Assembly: GCA_032718475.1 (NCBI GenBank)
Contig: JAUCBJ010007306.1
Location: forward strand, 1 to 51,240
Source: Nemertoderma westbladi
Taxonomy: Eukaryota > Animalia > Xenacoelomorpha
Length of the DNA: 51,240 bases
Direction: 5' to 3'
Numbering within the stretch: the stretch's first letter is position 1; each line of letters starts with the position of its first letter. A program made the position numbers and the translations under genes. The notes below the pieces were generated by a model. It was not told the DNA's origin. It did no database searches and was given only the letters and a program-made list of their open reading frames with translations. Shown here piece by piece: positions 12,754-25,854 of the stretch.

Positions 12754-14789
12754 CACGGAACTTTAGAACTCTCATCGCGATACGATACTAAGAGATCCCC
12801 AGGTATGCTACATGATCGCCGTAACAACCCTTCTATCTTGAGAACTGACTCGGTTCGGACTCGTTAGGGTCGAATAATCTTATCAAATATAGAACTTTTA
12901 GCGCGCTCTGAACAATGCCCTCTGCCGCACTAAGTGCTTTTTAATGGATTTTAATATGTTATAACGTGTCACTGTGGTCTGTTTTTAATAATTAATAATA
13001 TATCAATTTATTTGATTAAAAGCAATGAAATGAAATATAGTGCAGAGGTGAAATAGTTCTTCCACCGCTTCGCTGCGCTATGCTACAGTGTGCTACCGGT
13101 ACTACAGTATTCAAATTAAAATTAAAAAAAGTAAAATTAAAAACTATAATGGTATGGGGTATTGGGATTTACAGCTGTATAATTTTTAAGTATTAATTAT
13201 TTATTTGTTATAAAATAAAATAATTAATTTCTACTAAAAGTCATGTTGAAAAGGCTGTTTTTACCCTAACCAACTTAATTAATTTTAATTTAATTAATTA
13301 ATTGCTATTATCTTATCTTCTCGAAGGCCACAAGCAAATTCAACTTGGAAAATTTCTAAACTTTTGCCAGACTACATGTGTACCAAGTTTGGTTAAATTT
13401 TATTAACATTTGGCTGAGTTATTAACGTTTAAAATTGGACACAACAGAACAACAGACACACCGATTGAGTTATTGGTACCTGTATGCTAAGCTCGCTTAC
13501 TTTCGTGACTCGCCCCAGTCAGTCCTGTACTTTGCACTACTATATATACTTCACAGTACTGACACGCTGATGTGTATATGGTATTCCCCTATTTTTTTAT
13601 TTATCTGTTTGTTGTTGAAGGTAATGTAACTAAGCACAGCAACCATCGTATTCCCACAATACGTTTATCGCCCAACTATTAACCACGCCATTTGCATGAG
13701 AGTCACGGTTCGATTAATATTTTCTACAAATTAATAGTAGTGTATGATAATGATGATATGCCGTTATCAGATATATCTCATTTAAACACCAAATGATTTT
13801 CAATGTTATCATTGTTTATTGTTTTCTTGTACAGAGTACAGTCTTGCAGAATACTGTTGCCTATATGAAGGCCTAATATATATTATAGCAATTAGAATGG
13901 TTACTGTACACTTTATCGAACACTGATGCATTTATTATTAGGTATTCTTTATAATAATAAATAAGTAGATAAAGAGCTTTTGTAGGATTGTTACTGTGTA
14001 GGTTTACTCGCTTAGATTTTAATTATTTATGACTATTTCAATTTCTCGCCCAATAGAAAAACATACAGAAAAACAAGAATTTGTGTAGGATATGATTATT
14101 TTGATTAACAATATCTCCACAATAATATTATTTATTATTTTTATTAATTACATAACATTAATTAATATTAAATATTGAATGGCAGAAAACAACAGTATAA
14201 TTTTGCGCGGAAAGGAAATTTAACAAAACATCTATCATTGGTTGTACAATATTTGATGTTACAAAACAATAAACGAGAGATAATAAACAAGGGAATTAAC
14301 AGTTTGTGGATCAACACTCAGATATATTGGCTCACCCACAGGCCGGTTCATGCACAGTACAGTACCTGTATGCGTAACGTACTCACCACAATTAGTCACA
14401 TAACTGGCAATGCAAAGACATACTATGCAAATCTAATTTTGATACCAAACATCTTAACAATCATTATACTCTACATATTATAAACAAGGAAGACACGTTC
14501 GTGTGGCCTTCGCGCAGCACAAGGCTCAGTTATGAGATACAAATTAAAATAGAGCAATTCTATCACAAAATCTGTATTTAAGAAATTAACCAAACGGCAA
14601 ATAGATCATAGAGGGGAAAGTTGCTTATAAGTAAGTCAAAATCGTAGCGATGGCGATGACATACATTACCATTATTGAATGAAATATATGCCATAATTGA
14701 CCTACCCCCACCCCCCTAAGAGATAAATTCAGTTCACAAAGGCTCTGCCAATTTCGTGGCTCGTATCCCTTATCCCATGCTATAAAATG

Positions 14790-17430
14790 TATTCATTCGA
14801 TATACAATCACATATTAATCCGCTAGGTGGTGTCAAATTGTTATTCTACAATTTCGTACTTACCATTGAAAGCAGGGCGATCTCATCCGTAAAGTCGGTG
14901 TCTGTGACTGTAGTTGCCGGATTTCTACTACATCTGCATTCTTGTAGTGTGAATCCCAAATCGTCACCCTTTGTGGCCATCGTCATTGCGTAATCCAGTA
15001 CAATTACAAATATAAAAATGGCGCCAATGTGTCACCTTGCAGTAAGCCAGCAAGGATTGAGTTCAGTTTCTCCATCTGGTGAGAATACCTGAGCTTCTGT
15101 GTCACAATATAATAATCCAATGCCAGCCTCAATTACCTCTGGTATTCCAAAAGCTCTCAGGATTTCCAGGATTTTATCTTTGTGGATTGAGTCGAATACT
15201 TTTTGGAAGTCCACAAAAGTCAGTCAAGGACCCCTAGATCCCTTCCCACAAAAGTCAGGACAAAGGGGGATTCTTGAACTTAATTCCCTCAATCAGTCTC
15301 CGTAGTGCAAGTATCTGAGCTATTGTTGATCTATTTGGTCGAAATCCGTTTTGACTCTTACGCAGCAGTTTCTCTATGTGAGGTCTAATTCTATATAGAA
15401 TCATTTTGTTATATATTTTGGCAGCTACCACAAGCAGACAGATCCTTCGATAGTTTGTTGGTACAAAGAGGTCTCCTTTCTTAGGGAGAGGCTTGACCTT
15501 TAGTACAAATTGGTCCCTTTTTGCTTCCGGTTGCAAACATCCAATAATTGTCTGTTTAGCCCTCCTGTTTTCCATACCACTGCAAGGATTTCATCTATTC
15601 CACTCGCTTTATGATTGGACATGCTTTTAATGCTAAGGAGGGTGTGAAGTCCCCTGTTTTTTGGTTCACGGTCCTTGACATAAGTGACCATTATTACCGT
15701 AATGTGTGTGTGTGTGTGGGGGTGGGGGTGTGTGTGTGTGTGTGTGTGTCCAGAGCGATATCTCAGTTATTTATTAATCAATCGAAACAAAATTTGGACA
15801 AAAGTTAGATATAGGGATGGCGAAGGCTCATACAAAAAATTGGGTGTCGAGATGGTATTTGTGCGATGTGAGCGCTATATTTGCGTGTTTTCGCATGGTT
15901 TAGGAAAAAGCTATCTTGTCATAGGGAACGCAATGAATGATTCTGATATTTGGCATGGAGGTACCTAAATTATTTCTAAATCGATTAACGGAGGCCGATT
16001 TTTAAATTTGGACCTACATTATGACCTAATTGAAGATTTAATTAAGGTAATTAATTAGCACTGCTAGTACTGTCTGATTGTCTGCCTGTAGTAGGCATAC
16101 CGGACCGGTACTACCTGACCACTGTAGGCCTATCTGCCTATCTTCATACTGTCATAGGTCAGCCTAGCCAGGAGGTCCTAGCAGGTCAGCAGTAGGTCCT
16201 AGCCTAGCCCTAGCAGTAAATATAATATTTCGCCATGTTTGCAGGCGACTTCGCACTGACTACCGGTAGGCCTATGCAGCTATGCTATGAGATTAACCGT
16301 CCAGTAGTTCAGATGCATATGGTACCGGTACCGGAACGGGTTACGGTTTAATCCTGCATTTGTCAATTATGACAATACCGGTACGACTTTGAGTACCGCT
16401 GTACCGGTACGCGGTAGCCTACCGTTACCGGTTGACCGGTAGGCGTAGGCGGTAGACCTACGGTGCGATGGTAGCCAGCCGGTAGGTGGTAGGCTTACCG
16501 TACCGGTATAAATGTTGGCGGATGGCGGGATGACGTCGTGTGGCGCGTAATTACTTACCGGTTGCCAGTAGACGCCTACCCAACTCGTAACTGGTGGTCG
16601 TGGTCGTGGTGGGATGAGCATGATGTCGCCTACGATGGGAACAAGTGAAAAGGAAACATAGGCCTACCCGAACGAAAACGTATTATTATTGTACTGATTA
16701 AGTAGGAGGACCGTGAACCCTCCAGGCTTGCCAGCTTGTTCTATAGGTTGTCTTATCATATATTTTCCTTGTAGGGCTGACCTCAACATTTGGTAGCTGC
16801 CCAAGCAAGTTGCTGAAGTGATCTTTCCATTTCCCAACACGTTCTTCAGGACTATCAGCTTTGAGGCAGCCCTTAGCACAACTTTTCCGACAAAATACCT
16901 CATTTACAGTTTGCCAGTTAAGTCTAGATTGTTGCTGTATGAGAGCAGTTGTAATTTTTTATATATTTTGCTGTATGTACTTCTCCTGGTTGATGTTGTA
17001 GGCCCATTTAAGATCTTCCTTAGCTTTCTCAACCTTGTTGATGTTTCAGTTGTTGGTTGTTCGATTTTAAATTTGTAAGTTTAATTTGTTAAATTGTTAG
17101 TTAAATTAAATTAGTTAAATTGTAAAGTTTAAATTTGTCCTTAAAATCTTATCTTACAAGTAACCTAAGAGTCTCGCCATGGCACATAATGTTTTCGTTT
17201 GGATTTCTGGGGAATTTGCCTCTTGGCTGATTCCTTGTGGGCTTTTATTATCTGGTATATTGAATCGGTAGACTGGTCTTCATCTATTGATTGAAGTACT
17301 TCAAAGCGGTTTTGAATTTCTACTGTGTAAGCATCCTTTACTGCACTGTCAGTTCTGAGATTCTCCTAGTCATAGTTGATTCGCTTGCTTCTACTGGGTT
17401 TGCTGGCTCGCAAACTGAGTCTGATCTCTG
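14790..17430 (-). mobile_element. Decayed RTE-like LINE (LINE C), interrupted at ~15690-16640
   Basis: Minus-strand motifs: KASGIDEI, PLPKKGDL..NYRRICL, QNGFRPNRSTIAQILALRRLIEG, DFQKVFDSI, QGDTLAPFL, TDFTDEIALLS. The upstream linker EIQNRFEVL is at ~17300. Boundaries approximate. Confidence 0.8.
15690..16640. mobile_element. Unclassified non-coding insertion with a (GT)n tract, possibly DINE/Helentron-derived
   Basis: It interrupts LINE C. A (GT)n tract at 15703-15749 is followed by GATATCTCAG...AAATTTGG, an arrangement reminiscent of DINE-1-like elements. Ends not resolved. Confidence 0.3.
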
Positions 17431-18164
17431 CCCCACAATCCACCCTAAACTAAAGTAGCATCATTGAGTCTTCACAACACTCTACCATATCCTCACCAAC
17501 AGCAACTCATTCAAGCAGACAAAACGTCACAAGTTATCCAACTACCAGCTCAGATGCGTATATGACCATATTCGTCCGAGGTTTGCCTTCTAATACTTCA
17601 TCACTATCTCTTTCCACACTATGCTACATGCAAAACGGATATCGCCCGCTAAACGTCTGGGTTCAAGGAAACAAAGGTATGCCCAAAACAGCGAAGGTAA
17701 CAATCAATAGATCATATTATAACACTTTTATATAAAGAGATAAGTGGTCTGGTAACCCCCCTGTTGTCAGCATCTGGAATGATAGACCATTGTACACCTA
17801 TTACAGAACAAGGACCAACTTTCATAACAACTCCATACCAAATACAGCTGCTCACTCCATGTATCACTGTATGTATTGTAGTGTGTATGTATTTAAATTG
17901 ATACACAAATTCGAACAGAACAATCTTCATCGCAATCCACAATGCACAGACCATCCTTAAATATAAAAGCTGTAAAACAATAGACCTGAGCAAGTTTACA
18001 CCAACAACCAATAGAAATTAAAATTCAACAACTAAGTTCATGACATTCAACTGCAAAGGATTTGAGAAATATGAACTATATATATGGAACTATTCTCACG
18101 AAGTATATACCCAATATCCTACTCCTGCAAGAGCACTGGCTAAGAGTGCGAGAAGCTGAATTAC
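17430..18164 (+). mobile_element. LINE D fragment 1: ORF1 remnant and start of APE endonuclease
   Basis: TIFVRGLPSN (~17566), FMTFNCKGF (~18037) and ILLLQEHWL (~18115) match APE motifs I and II plus an upstream ORF1-like piece. The frame continues at 25855. Confidence 0.75.
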
Positions 18165-18729
18165 TGATAAGTCCAGTAGTATACCGCCCGCCTACTGGAT
18201 CCTAGTAACGAAGTACCTTACTGTAGAATCCAGCAGTGTATACGGGCTCATACAGTATCTGACAAGAAATCCCAGTCCAGGGTGTCTAAATAAACAGATA
18301 CTAAGTACACTACTGGCGAGGAACGGAGCCTGATGTCTATTCTAATACTTGGGCGAATCAAATGCCTGGGCTAACTAGACAATCAGGATGCCCAGCCTCT
18401 AATCGGTGAGGCAGATGTACAGTCTGTAGACTGTACATCCATGGAGAACAAACTCACAGGAAAACAATCCCCACGTAGCGAATCCTAACTATCGCTAATG
18501 GACCGAAAATACTGTAAACTTGCCGCGGTGTGATTTATATGGGTATAATACGAGCTAGCGGGTCAACAGTACTAGCGTAATACAATGCTGCCGACAGGAA
18601 ATTAGCAGTCAAAAGGGGTGCCCTGTGTCAGAGTAAAACAAATAGCAAATATCTCCTCAAATAATAATAACTTACTTGTAAATCAGTAGCTTAGATCTCA
18701 AGACGCGTGTGTGTTGTGTTGACTAAACA
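18165..18729 (-). repeat. Truncated 3' LTR remnant of E2
   Basis: Diverged direct copy of 23806-24387, fused directly to RT codons (PEKPGKV) with no PPT. Confidence 0.85.
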
Positions 18730-21700
18730 CACCTTGCCAGGTTTTTCCGGATGTCATACAAAGTGATGTGGCAGATAATATGTCTGATCCGTTGTTACCT
18801 CAGGGTTTGTCATCCTGATCGTGTATCCCTTTTGGAGATACGTCTGAAGATGCGCGTTGTATTGCATATGGGGCGTCTCATCACGCAACAGCCGCTGCCG
18901 TATCGACTTAAGTCGTTTCATGGCAAGCGGGTAGTTGTTGACGAGCTTAGGTTGTCTATAGTGCCACAATATCCCAACTTTGTAGTGGCCCTTCGCAGTC
19001 TGGCGAATGGTATCCTTCATAATCTTTAATGACCATTTTTGCTGTTCTGATATAGCAGTCTCATAACTACCTGGTTCTGCTGAGTCCTGTTCCAACCACT
19101 TGATGGTTTTCTCGGTCAGCAGTCTGCCAAGCGCTGCTTGCACTGCGCCACGTCAATGTGGCTGGTAGGCTCGCAAGCCTTCTGGTGTCACTAGTCAGCA
19201 TCGAAACGTCGTGAGGCGGTTCGACAACCTTTTGATCTGTTGGTAGGCTCGCAAGCTTCCAAGATCAGTGACCAGTGTCGAAGCGTTGTAGATGGGGTCA
19301 ACAAACTCGGAATCCATCGGTAGGCTCGCAAGCCTTCCAAGATCATCGTTCGTCGAGACATCCACAGCATCATCCCTTTGTTCTTCGCCGGTCGATACAA
19401 CCTGTTCCGCTGCAAGTAGCTGTAAGTTAGAGGTCTGTGTGGTCTCGTCCAAGTCTGTTACATCGGTTCTATTGCGATGTAAGTCTGTCATGGTACTCTC
19501 AGTACAGTGGGGCCACAGGAATGTAAGGGAGAATTGGCTAACGTAGTAGTTAATAGACTACACGTGCTTAAGACGTTGTCCTCCTGGTCACTTATCTCTA
19601 GTGAACGCACAGGCGCTCTCGTATACCAACCTATGGTAGTTCTACAAGCATAAGGGTTGCCCGCTGTTACCATAGATGGGCGTGTCTCACATACTTGATG
19701 CAAGTTAAACTGGTCTGTCCCAATCAACATCGCGATTGAGCGATAGTTAACTGGAAATTCCGGTATTCCAAGATGTCGGAAATACTTACGGTCTTCCGGA
19801 GATTGTTCTGGCACAGGACCAAGCAAGTTACTAAAGTCCTTGATGGCAGCAAATGTCAGGTTTCTTACCGGAAGTAATGAGCGTTCCTCTCTGCTATGCT
19901 CCGCTTTGGAAAGAAGAGTATCTAGGGTCAGTTTGACCCTCGTAACAGGTATCGCTCTCTTACCATGCATGCTACTCACAGTATGCTGAGCAGCCTTACC
20001 TTGGCTCATGTCAGTAACTACGTCAGGCACTTGTTCGTCAACGTAGCTTTGTAATGATGCAGAGTCCAGGATAGTGTATATACGCTTGCTCCCTCGGGTT
20101 CCGGTGATTTTGATAGGAATCACGCTAAAACCCTTTAGCAGATTCTGAATAAGGAGTGTTACAGATGGCTGTTCCTCCTCCCCCGCATGCACGTAAAATG
20201 TTTTGTCCTCCAAATCGTCTTCGTCCGACAAACCTGAAACAAACAAACGACAAACCACATAGTCCGTGTAGAAAGTACGGACTTCACGCGGCGTGCGCTC
20301 TTTATAAAGCGCATCGCATCTTGCCGCTTTATCAGGGTATTCTCACTGAAAACGCTTAGTCAGAGTGTAACTAGTAGTGTGGAGCAACGCGTCATGGTTG
20401 CATCCACACAGAGGACATGTGACATCACTCGGACAATCCTTCCGGACATGCCCAGGCATGGTACATCTCCAGCAAGAGTCCAACAGGCGGATCTGGAGTC
20501 TTCTCTCCTCTACTCCTAGATCCTTAAATGTGCGACATCCATGTATCTTGTGTCCACCGTATCTTCCACCGTTCCGCTCACAAAATTGACATCCAACAAA
20601 ATCGGCTGGCATCTGCTGCCATGGCTGCTTGGTGACAATAGGCATCAGAACCTTGGAGGTATCCATTGGGGTGGCATAGGTTACGGCTTTCGCGTTTGTC
20701 AGAAATTGTTTGGTCCGATTCAGCACAGCGATCGTAATCCCTTCTGCCGCTATATGATGGTCCGTATAGATAGACCGCGTCTCCACTACGGCCTCTCGTG
20801 AGATCAATTGGTGGACGTCAGTCAGCTTTAATAGTCCGCCAGCCTCTTCGCTCTGGCACTCTATCCGACCCCATTCTCGGCGCAACCGATGCTGGAGTCT
20901 GCCGATGATCCAAATTAGAACTGTTGGTGCGTTGGCGTATTCGAGTTGACCGATGGACCGCAAAGTCCCTATAGCTTTTTCAATCTCATAGAAGATCAAT
21001 GGGTTTGGAGATTGGTCCGCCTCTACAGAGGTCTTCTATAATGGATTTAGCCATGGCGACATTACCGCCGTATATGGAAAATAGATGGTCGTACGCCAGC
21101 TCGAAAGCATTTGGAACACCTATGAAGGTCTCCGCTAACCTCTTCGGCTCACCTGATAGTACTTGAAGCAAGTAATTAAACTTCTCCGCTGAGGTGAAGG
21201 CACACATAGCGATCTGGGACTCCACATAGTCTACCAGCGTACGCCAGTTTTTTGCGTTGCCAGAGAACTTCGGCGGTTGTTGTGCCGGTAATCAGAGTCT
21301 GGCTGCAAATTTAGCGATCTCGTTAATCAGATCTAACTGTCCACATCCTTGTCCGGCAATAGCGTTTGGTCGTTCCTGTCATTCGTCGATACGGATCAAA
21401 GTTAATGGGATCTTCTCCTCGAGGATTCGGGGTTTGCTGTGCTTCCGGCTCTCTATAAGGTGGTCTCTGTGGTCGAGGTTGTTCTAATTCCACGCTGGTT
21501 TGTGATCGATCCGACGGCGGAGCTTCGAGCCGCTCCTCGATTTGAGCCAATCGGTCTGCTACAGGTCGCATTATCTCAGTGAGTTGGATGGCGCTAATCA
21601 TCTCCGCTAGTTGCAAAATGGGCTTCTGTACGGGTGTTTCTCGTGGAGGGTTGTCAATGTAAGGGTTCATCGATCTTTCCTCCCGCTTATATTCGCCTGC

Positions 21701-23072
21701 CGCTCCAGTACGGAATATTTCCCATTCCGTCGATTCTGTATCACTGGATGAATCGCTGTCGTCGGGATACGGCGGTTGGCGGGTTTGTGTTTGGCGTATT
21801 ACTCTAGTTGGTCGAGTTTGTTGTGGTCTGGGAGCTATGGCTCTCCCTTGTTCGGTTGGCTCGCAAGCCTTCCACGAAGTCATAGGTCTTGGTAAACTCG
21901 GTTCGATCCTGTGGGTACTACCCACATCCACGGTTCTTCATCATTCGGTAGGCTCGCAAGCCTACCACGAAGTCGTAGGTCTCGATACACGTTGAGTAAC
22001 TGGTCTAAGAAATTCATTGGAGTTAGGTAGTACTGTTGGTCTATAATTAACAGGGTTCGTGCAGCACCTCACAGGTTTAACTGGTAACGGTTTATTCACC
22101 TGTTTTATTGTCATAAGCCCTGGTTCGTCTCTCTCTACAAGCAAACTATGGCTTACAGTAGGTGGACTACTTATCTTACCTGCCAGAATCGGCAATGAAG
22201 TCACTTGTGGCTGCGGAACTGATTCCGGTATATCAAACCTGTTACTTTGAATTGAACGTGCAGGCAATATTTCTTTCAGCTTCGCAACTATGATCGGTTT
22301 TACTGGAGTCATGGGTTTGAGCATAGGAATAACTTGGGGAAAATGCTGACAAATAAACCTCGCCGAATTCCTCTCCCCGCTCGATTGCTCCTACACTTCC
22401 TTCCTCTAATCGTTTCTGGATTCCATGATATTGAGTCTCCATGCGATCCAGTGCAGACAAGTCATGTCCCGCTCAAGATCTTATAGATCTATCTCTCGCG
22501 TCGAGTTCGAGGTCTTCTTGCGCATTCGCTGTCTTGCGCGATCTGCGGTTTATTTCAAACTGGAGCTGCATCTCCCTTTCGTGTCGGTCGGCCACCTGTT
22601 GTTGTGCCGCTGACTCCACTTCCTGTATAGCTAAACGAGCTCTTATTTGTCGCGCCTCCAGCTTGGCACGAGTGTTGGATGCTGCTTTCTTCCGTGCTAA
22701 CTCGGCTGTGTTTACCATCGCAACTCGTGCTACCTCAGCTGCATTTGCCACCGCAACTCGTGCTAATTCATCAGCTGCTGCCTGTCGTGCTAACTCGTCA
22801 GCTGCTGCCTGTCATGCTAACTCATCAGCTGCTGCCGCTGCGGCTGCTTCTCGCGCTATGTCCTCCCCCAGTCTCCACATTTCTGATGCTTCAAATTCTG
22901 ATGGCTTCCGGTATTTCCGTTCGCGGTCATGGCGACTCACATGGTGTGACATCGGTAGAATCGCGAGTCCTCCTTCTTGGGTTGTCTACTGTCGATCTGT
23001 CTGCGTCACACAAGTCATAGTTGGTAGGTGGGTACTACCGAAGTAACTAGTCCAGTGTGGTGTATCACTCAT
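18730..23072 (-). pseudogene. gag-pol: E2 gag-pro and N-terminal RT, multiple stops and frameshifts
   Basis: ATG (MSDTPH) at 23072, Ala-rich repeat 22700-22860, DUF1759-like pieces 20986-21280, knuckles 20343-20600, protease 19488-20258, pre-RT region 18754-19143. Confidence 0.85.
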
Positions 23073-23805
23073 GTCTGTATTATATACATCGAATATGGGT
23101 AATAAATGTCAAAATGTCAAAATGTCAAAACTTACCTCGGTATATATATACTATATACACCCTAACCGGTACAAATAAAATCAAAAGGTATATAATTAAA
23201 ATATAATAATTCAGCCTACCGGCTAAATCTGTACAAATAAGTGTATAGCGGTATACGCTACCAAAATATAGATCAACAAGTGTCTAGGGGCAAAAATGTC
23301 TAGGGGAAAATATGTACCAACAAACACATAAATTAGACAGTAGAACCCACAAATTTTGAGTAATACTGTGCTCTAAGTATAAACGACACGAGTCATAAAA
23401 CTTACGTTCCTTTGATCTTCTAGTCATACAGATCCCCAGATACAACAAACGGTTCCGTTTCCAGCATCGTGGACGAATCATTGACCTCCCAAACTTGCTA
23501 AAAACGACCTAATCCTTCGAGGCGGTCCAGAAATGAGTCCTTGAGTACTGAAAAATCGAAGGTGAGAGTTTTACGGACTACTCTACGAAACATTTTCCTA
23601 GGTACCGATACAAATTGGTCTTTAAACCTTGCGTACCTTTTCAAGTACCGAAAAAGGTAACACCGCACACACACGGCCTAAGACAAAATAATTACAAACT
23701 AACTAGCTATTTATAGCTAGCCAAATACAAAATAACTTATTTAAATATAAAATAATTAACTTATGTAGAGCGCACATTGACCTAAATTATGTACGTATCT
23801 CCTAC

Positions 23806-25854
23806 TGATAAGTCCAGTAGTATACCGCCTACCGGATCCTAGTAACGAAGTCCTTACACCCTTACACGAGTCCTTACTGTAGAATCCAGCAGTGTATATG
23901 GGCTTGTACAGTATCTGACAAGAAATCCCAGTCCAGGGCGTCTAAATAAACAGATACTAAGTACACAAACTACTACTGGCGAGGAATGGAGCCTGATGTC
24001 TATTCTAATACTTGGCCGAATCAAATGCCTGGGCTAACTAGACAAACAGGATGCCCAGCCTCTAACCAGTGACGCAGATGTACAGTCTACAGATACAGAC
24101 CAAACTCACGGGAAAACAATCCCTGCGTAGTGAATCCTAACTATCGCTAATGGACCTCAAATACTGTAAACTTGCCGTGGTGTGATTTATATGGGTATAA
24201 TATGAGCTAGTCCAATCAATACTCACATGGTACTAGAGTAAAACAATACTGCCGACAGGAAAATTGCAGTCAAAAGGGGTACCCTGTGACAGAGTAAGAC
24301 AAATACCAAATATCTCCTCAAATAATAATAACTTACTTGTAAATCAGTAGCTTAGATCTCAAGCGTGTGTGTGTTACGAGTAAAACAATTTTGGTGTATC
24401 GCCGTTATACTAGGTTTTGGTGATTTTTAACAAAATAACAACACCGGGCGCTAGCTACTTGAATAAGCTTGTTGCACGCTGTAGGCATAATACTTACAAA
24501 TAACTGACGTCAAAAGGGCTCCCTCCTCCTTTATTCACAACTCAACCAGGCAATTACGTTGTAAGTAACTATGCCTGTGATCGGCACTGATACCAGATTC
24601 TGATTATGAGATAAGGAAATAGGTGTTAATTTACTACCGTACGAATAGCTGATCTGGTATGTAATTTTGATTCTAGAATTTTGTTACTGCAGTAAATACC
24701 TTTCAGTATGTGGCAAGGGCGTGGTCGATAGTTAGTAAACCTCCTTTAGCAAAAAGTGTGCCGGTAGCAGAAAGCTGCCTCTTGCCTGATCAAATACTTT
24801 GGAATCTGACAGGTCAGTCAAACTATAAGGCCTACAGAGCTAACCGGTACTGTAGGTCAGTACTGCAAATCACCAAATTATAGAGCGTGCTATTTGCACC
24901 TAAGTGTACTTGCGTGTACTGACGAACAGCAACAGCTCACACCTGTAGGAGATACACGTTGACCCGGGTTTTTCCTGTCTGTATCTGAGGTATTTAATCC
25001 TAAATTTTACGGAATCCCAGGACGTCGTCACACTTCACCCTGATCTAAAGGTCTTACGGCGGGCAAGGGCGTCAAACAAAGTCTTACCTTCCTCTGATGT
25101 GGGCGTTTTTAGGCAGTGAGGCATACTTCCAAATGGGTGTGGGCGAAGATAATGTGGGCTCTCTTATGCATCGTGGACATCCCTCCCCCTTGCATTGCTG
25201 AGGCCTAACGGTCTAGGCAGCCATTCCCCGAAGCGTTTGGCTGTCTCAAGATAGATACCTCAAAACTACATGTCTGAGTTTGCAGTATATTTTAACGTAA
25301 ATAAAATAAAACGTAAAAAATAACAAAGACTTGTCAAATTAAACTAACTTTGCAAAATAACAAAGCGAATTAAACTGAAATAGACTAATAACTATTAGCA
25401 ATTAAGACTAAAGACTGAGAATAAGGTAAGTGATAACCGAACTACAAACGGCACCTTATATAGCAAATCTTAAGCATGGAATTCACTAGAACATTCTACT
25501 ACATTCTACGAGCGCACATTGGAGCAATAAATTATCAAGTGCCCTACGATTGGCCCAACTCATCATTCCACGTGTTGTACGCGCCCCATTGGCTTATCTA
25601 ACTTAATGAAACCGAAAATATAATACAGCAAAATACAAATTTACCGACCTATATTCGAACCCCTGACCTAATTAGAATGTAACCCGCGCCTTAACCTACT
25701 CGACCACTGTGCCAATAGAATCCCAAGTCAAATTATAACTAATGTAGGTGATATGCAAATTACAACATACTACAAATCAAGGCAAATACGTCGGATTTTG
25801 AAAGTTTTTTACGTAGTACTGTAAATATCTACTTAACAGTGAAATAATCCCACA
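23806..25854 (-). repeat. 5' LTR of E2 (~2.05 kb)
   Basis: The left end is shared with the 3' LTR remnant. The right end is defined by the TG terminus and the ATTAC TSD. It may include secondary insertions. Confidence 0.75.
25643..25713 (-). ncRNA. Degenerate tRNA-derived sequence (Pol III A/B boxes) inside the E2 LTR
   Basis: Minus strand reads GGCACAG-TGGTCGAGTAGG-TTAAGGCG...GGGGTTCGAATA; stems are incomplete. Confidence 0.5.

Larger units (their letters stand above)
18165..25854 (-). mobile_element. BEL/Pao LTR retrotransposon E2, internally deleted, TSD ATTAC
   Basis: TG...CA ends with ATTAC at 18160-64 and 25855-59; removal restores the LINE D frame. Gag knuckles (CWRCTMPGHVRKDC, CPLCGCNHDALLH), protease (ILDSAS) and RT start (YYLPHHFV*HPEKPGKV) are present. 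Confidence 0.92.

Noticed and set aside
13300-13530. Possible Helitron/DINE-like element end
   Set aside because: Only a vague resemblance; no termini or second copy to support it.
23806-24387. E2 as an element with complete ~570-bp LTRs ending at 24387
   Set aside because: There is no TSD at 24388 and no PPT. The true TSD and the restored LINE frame place the end at 25854.
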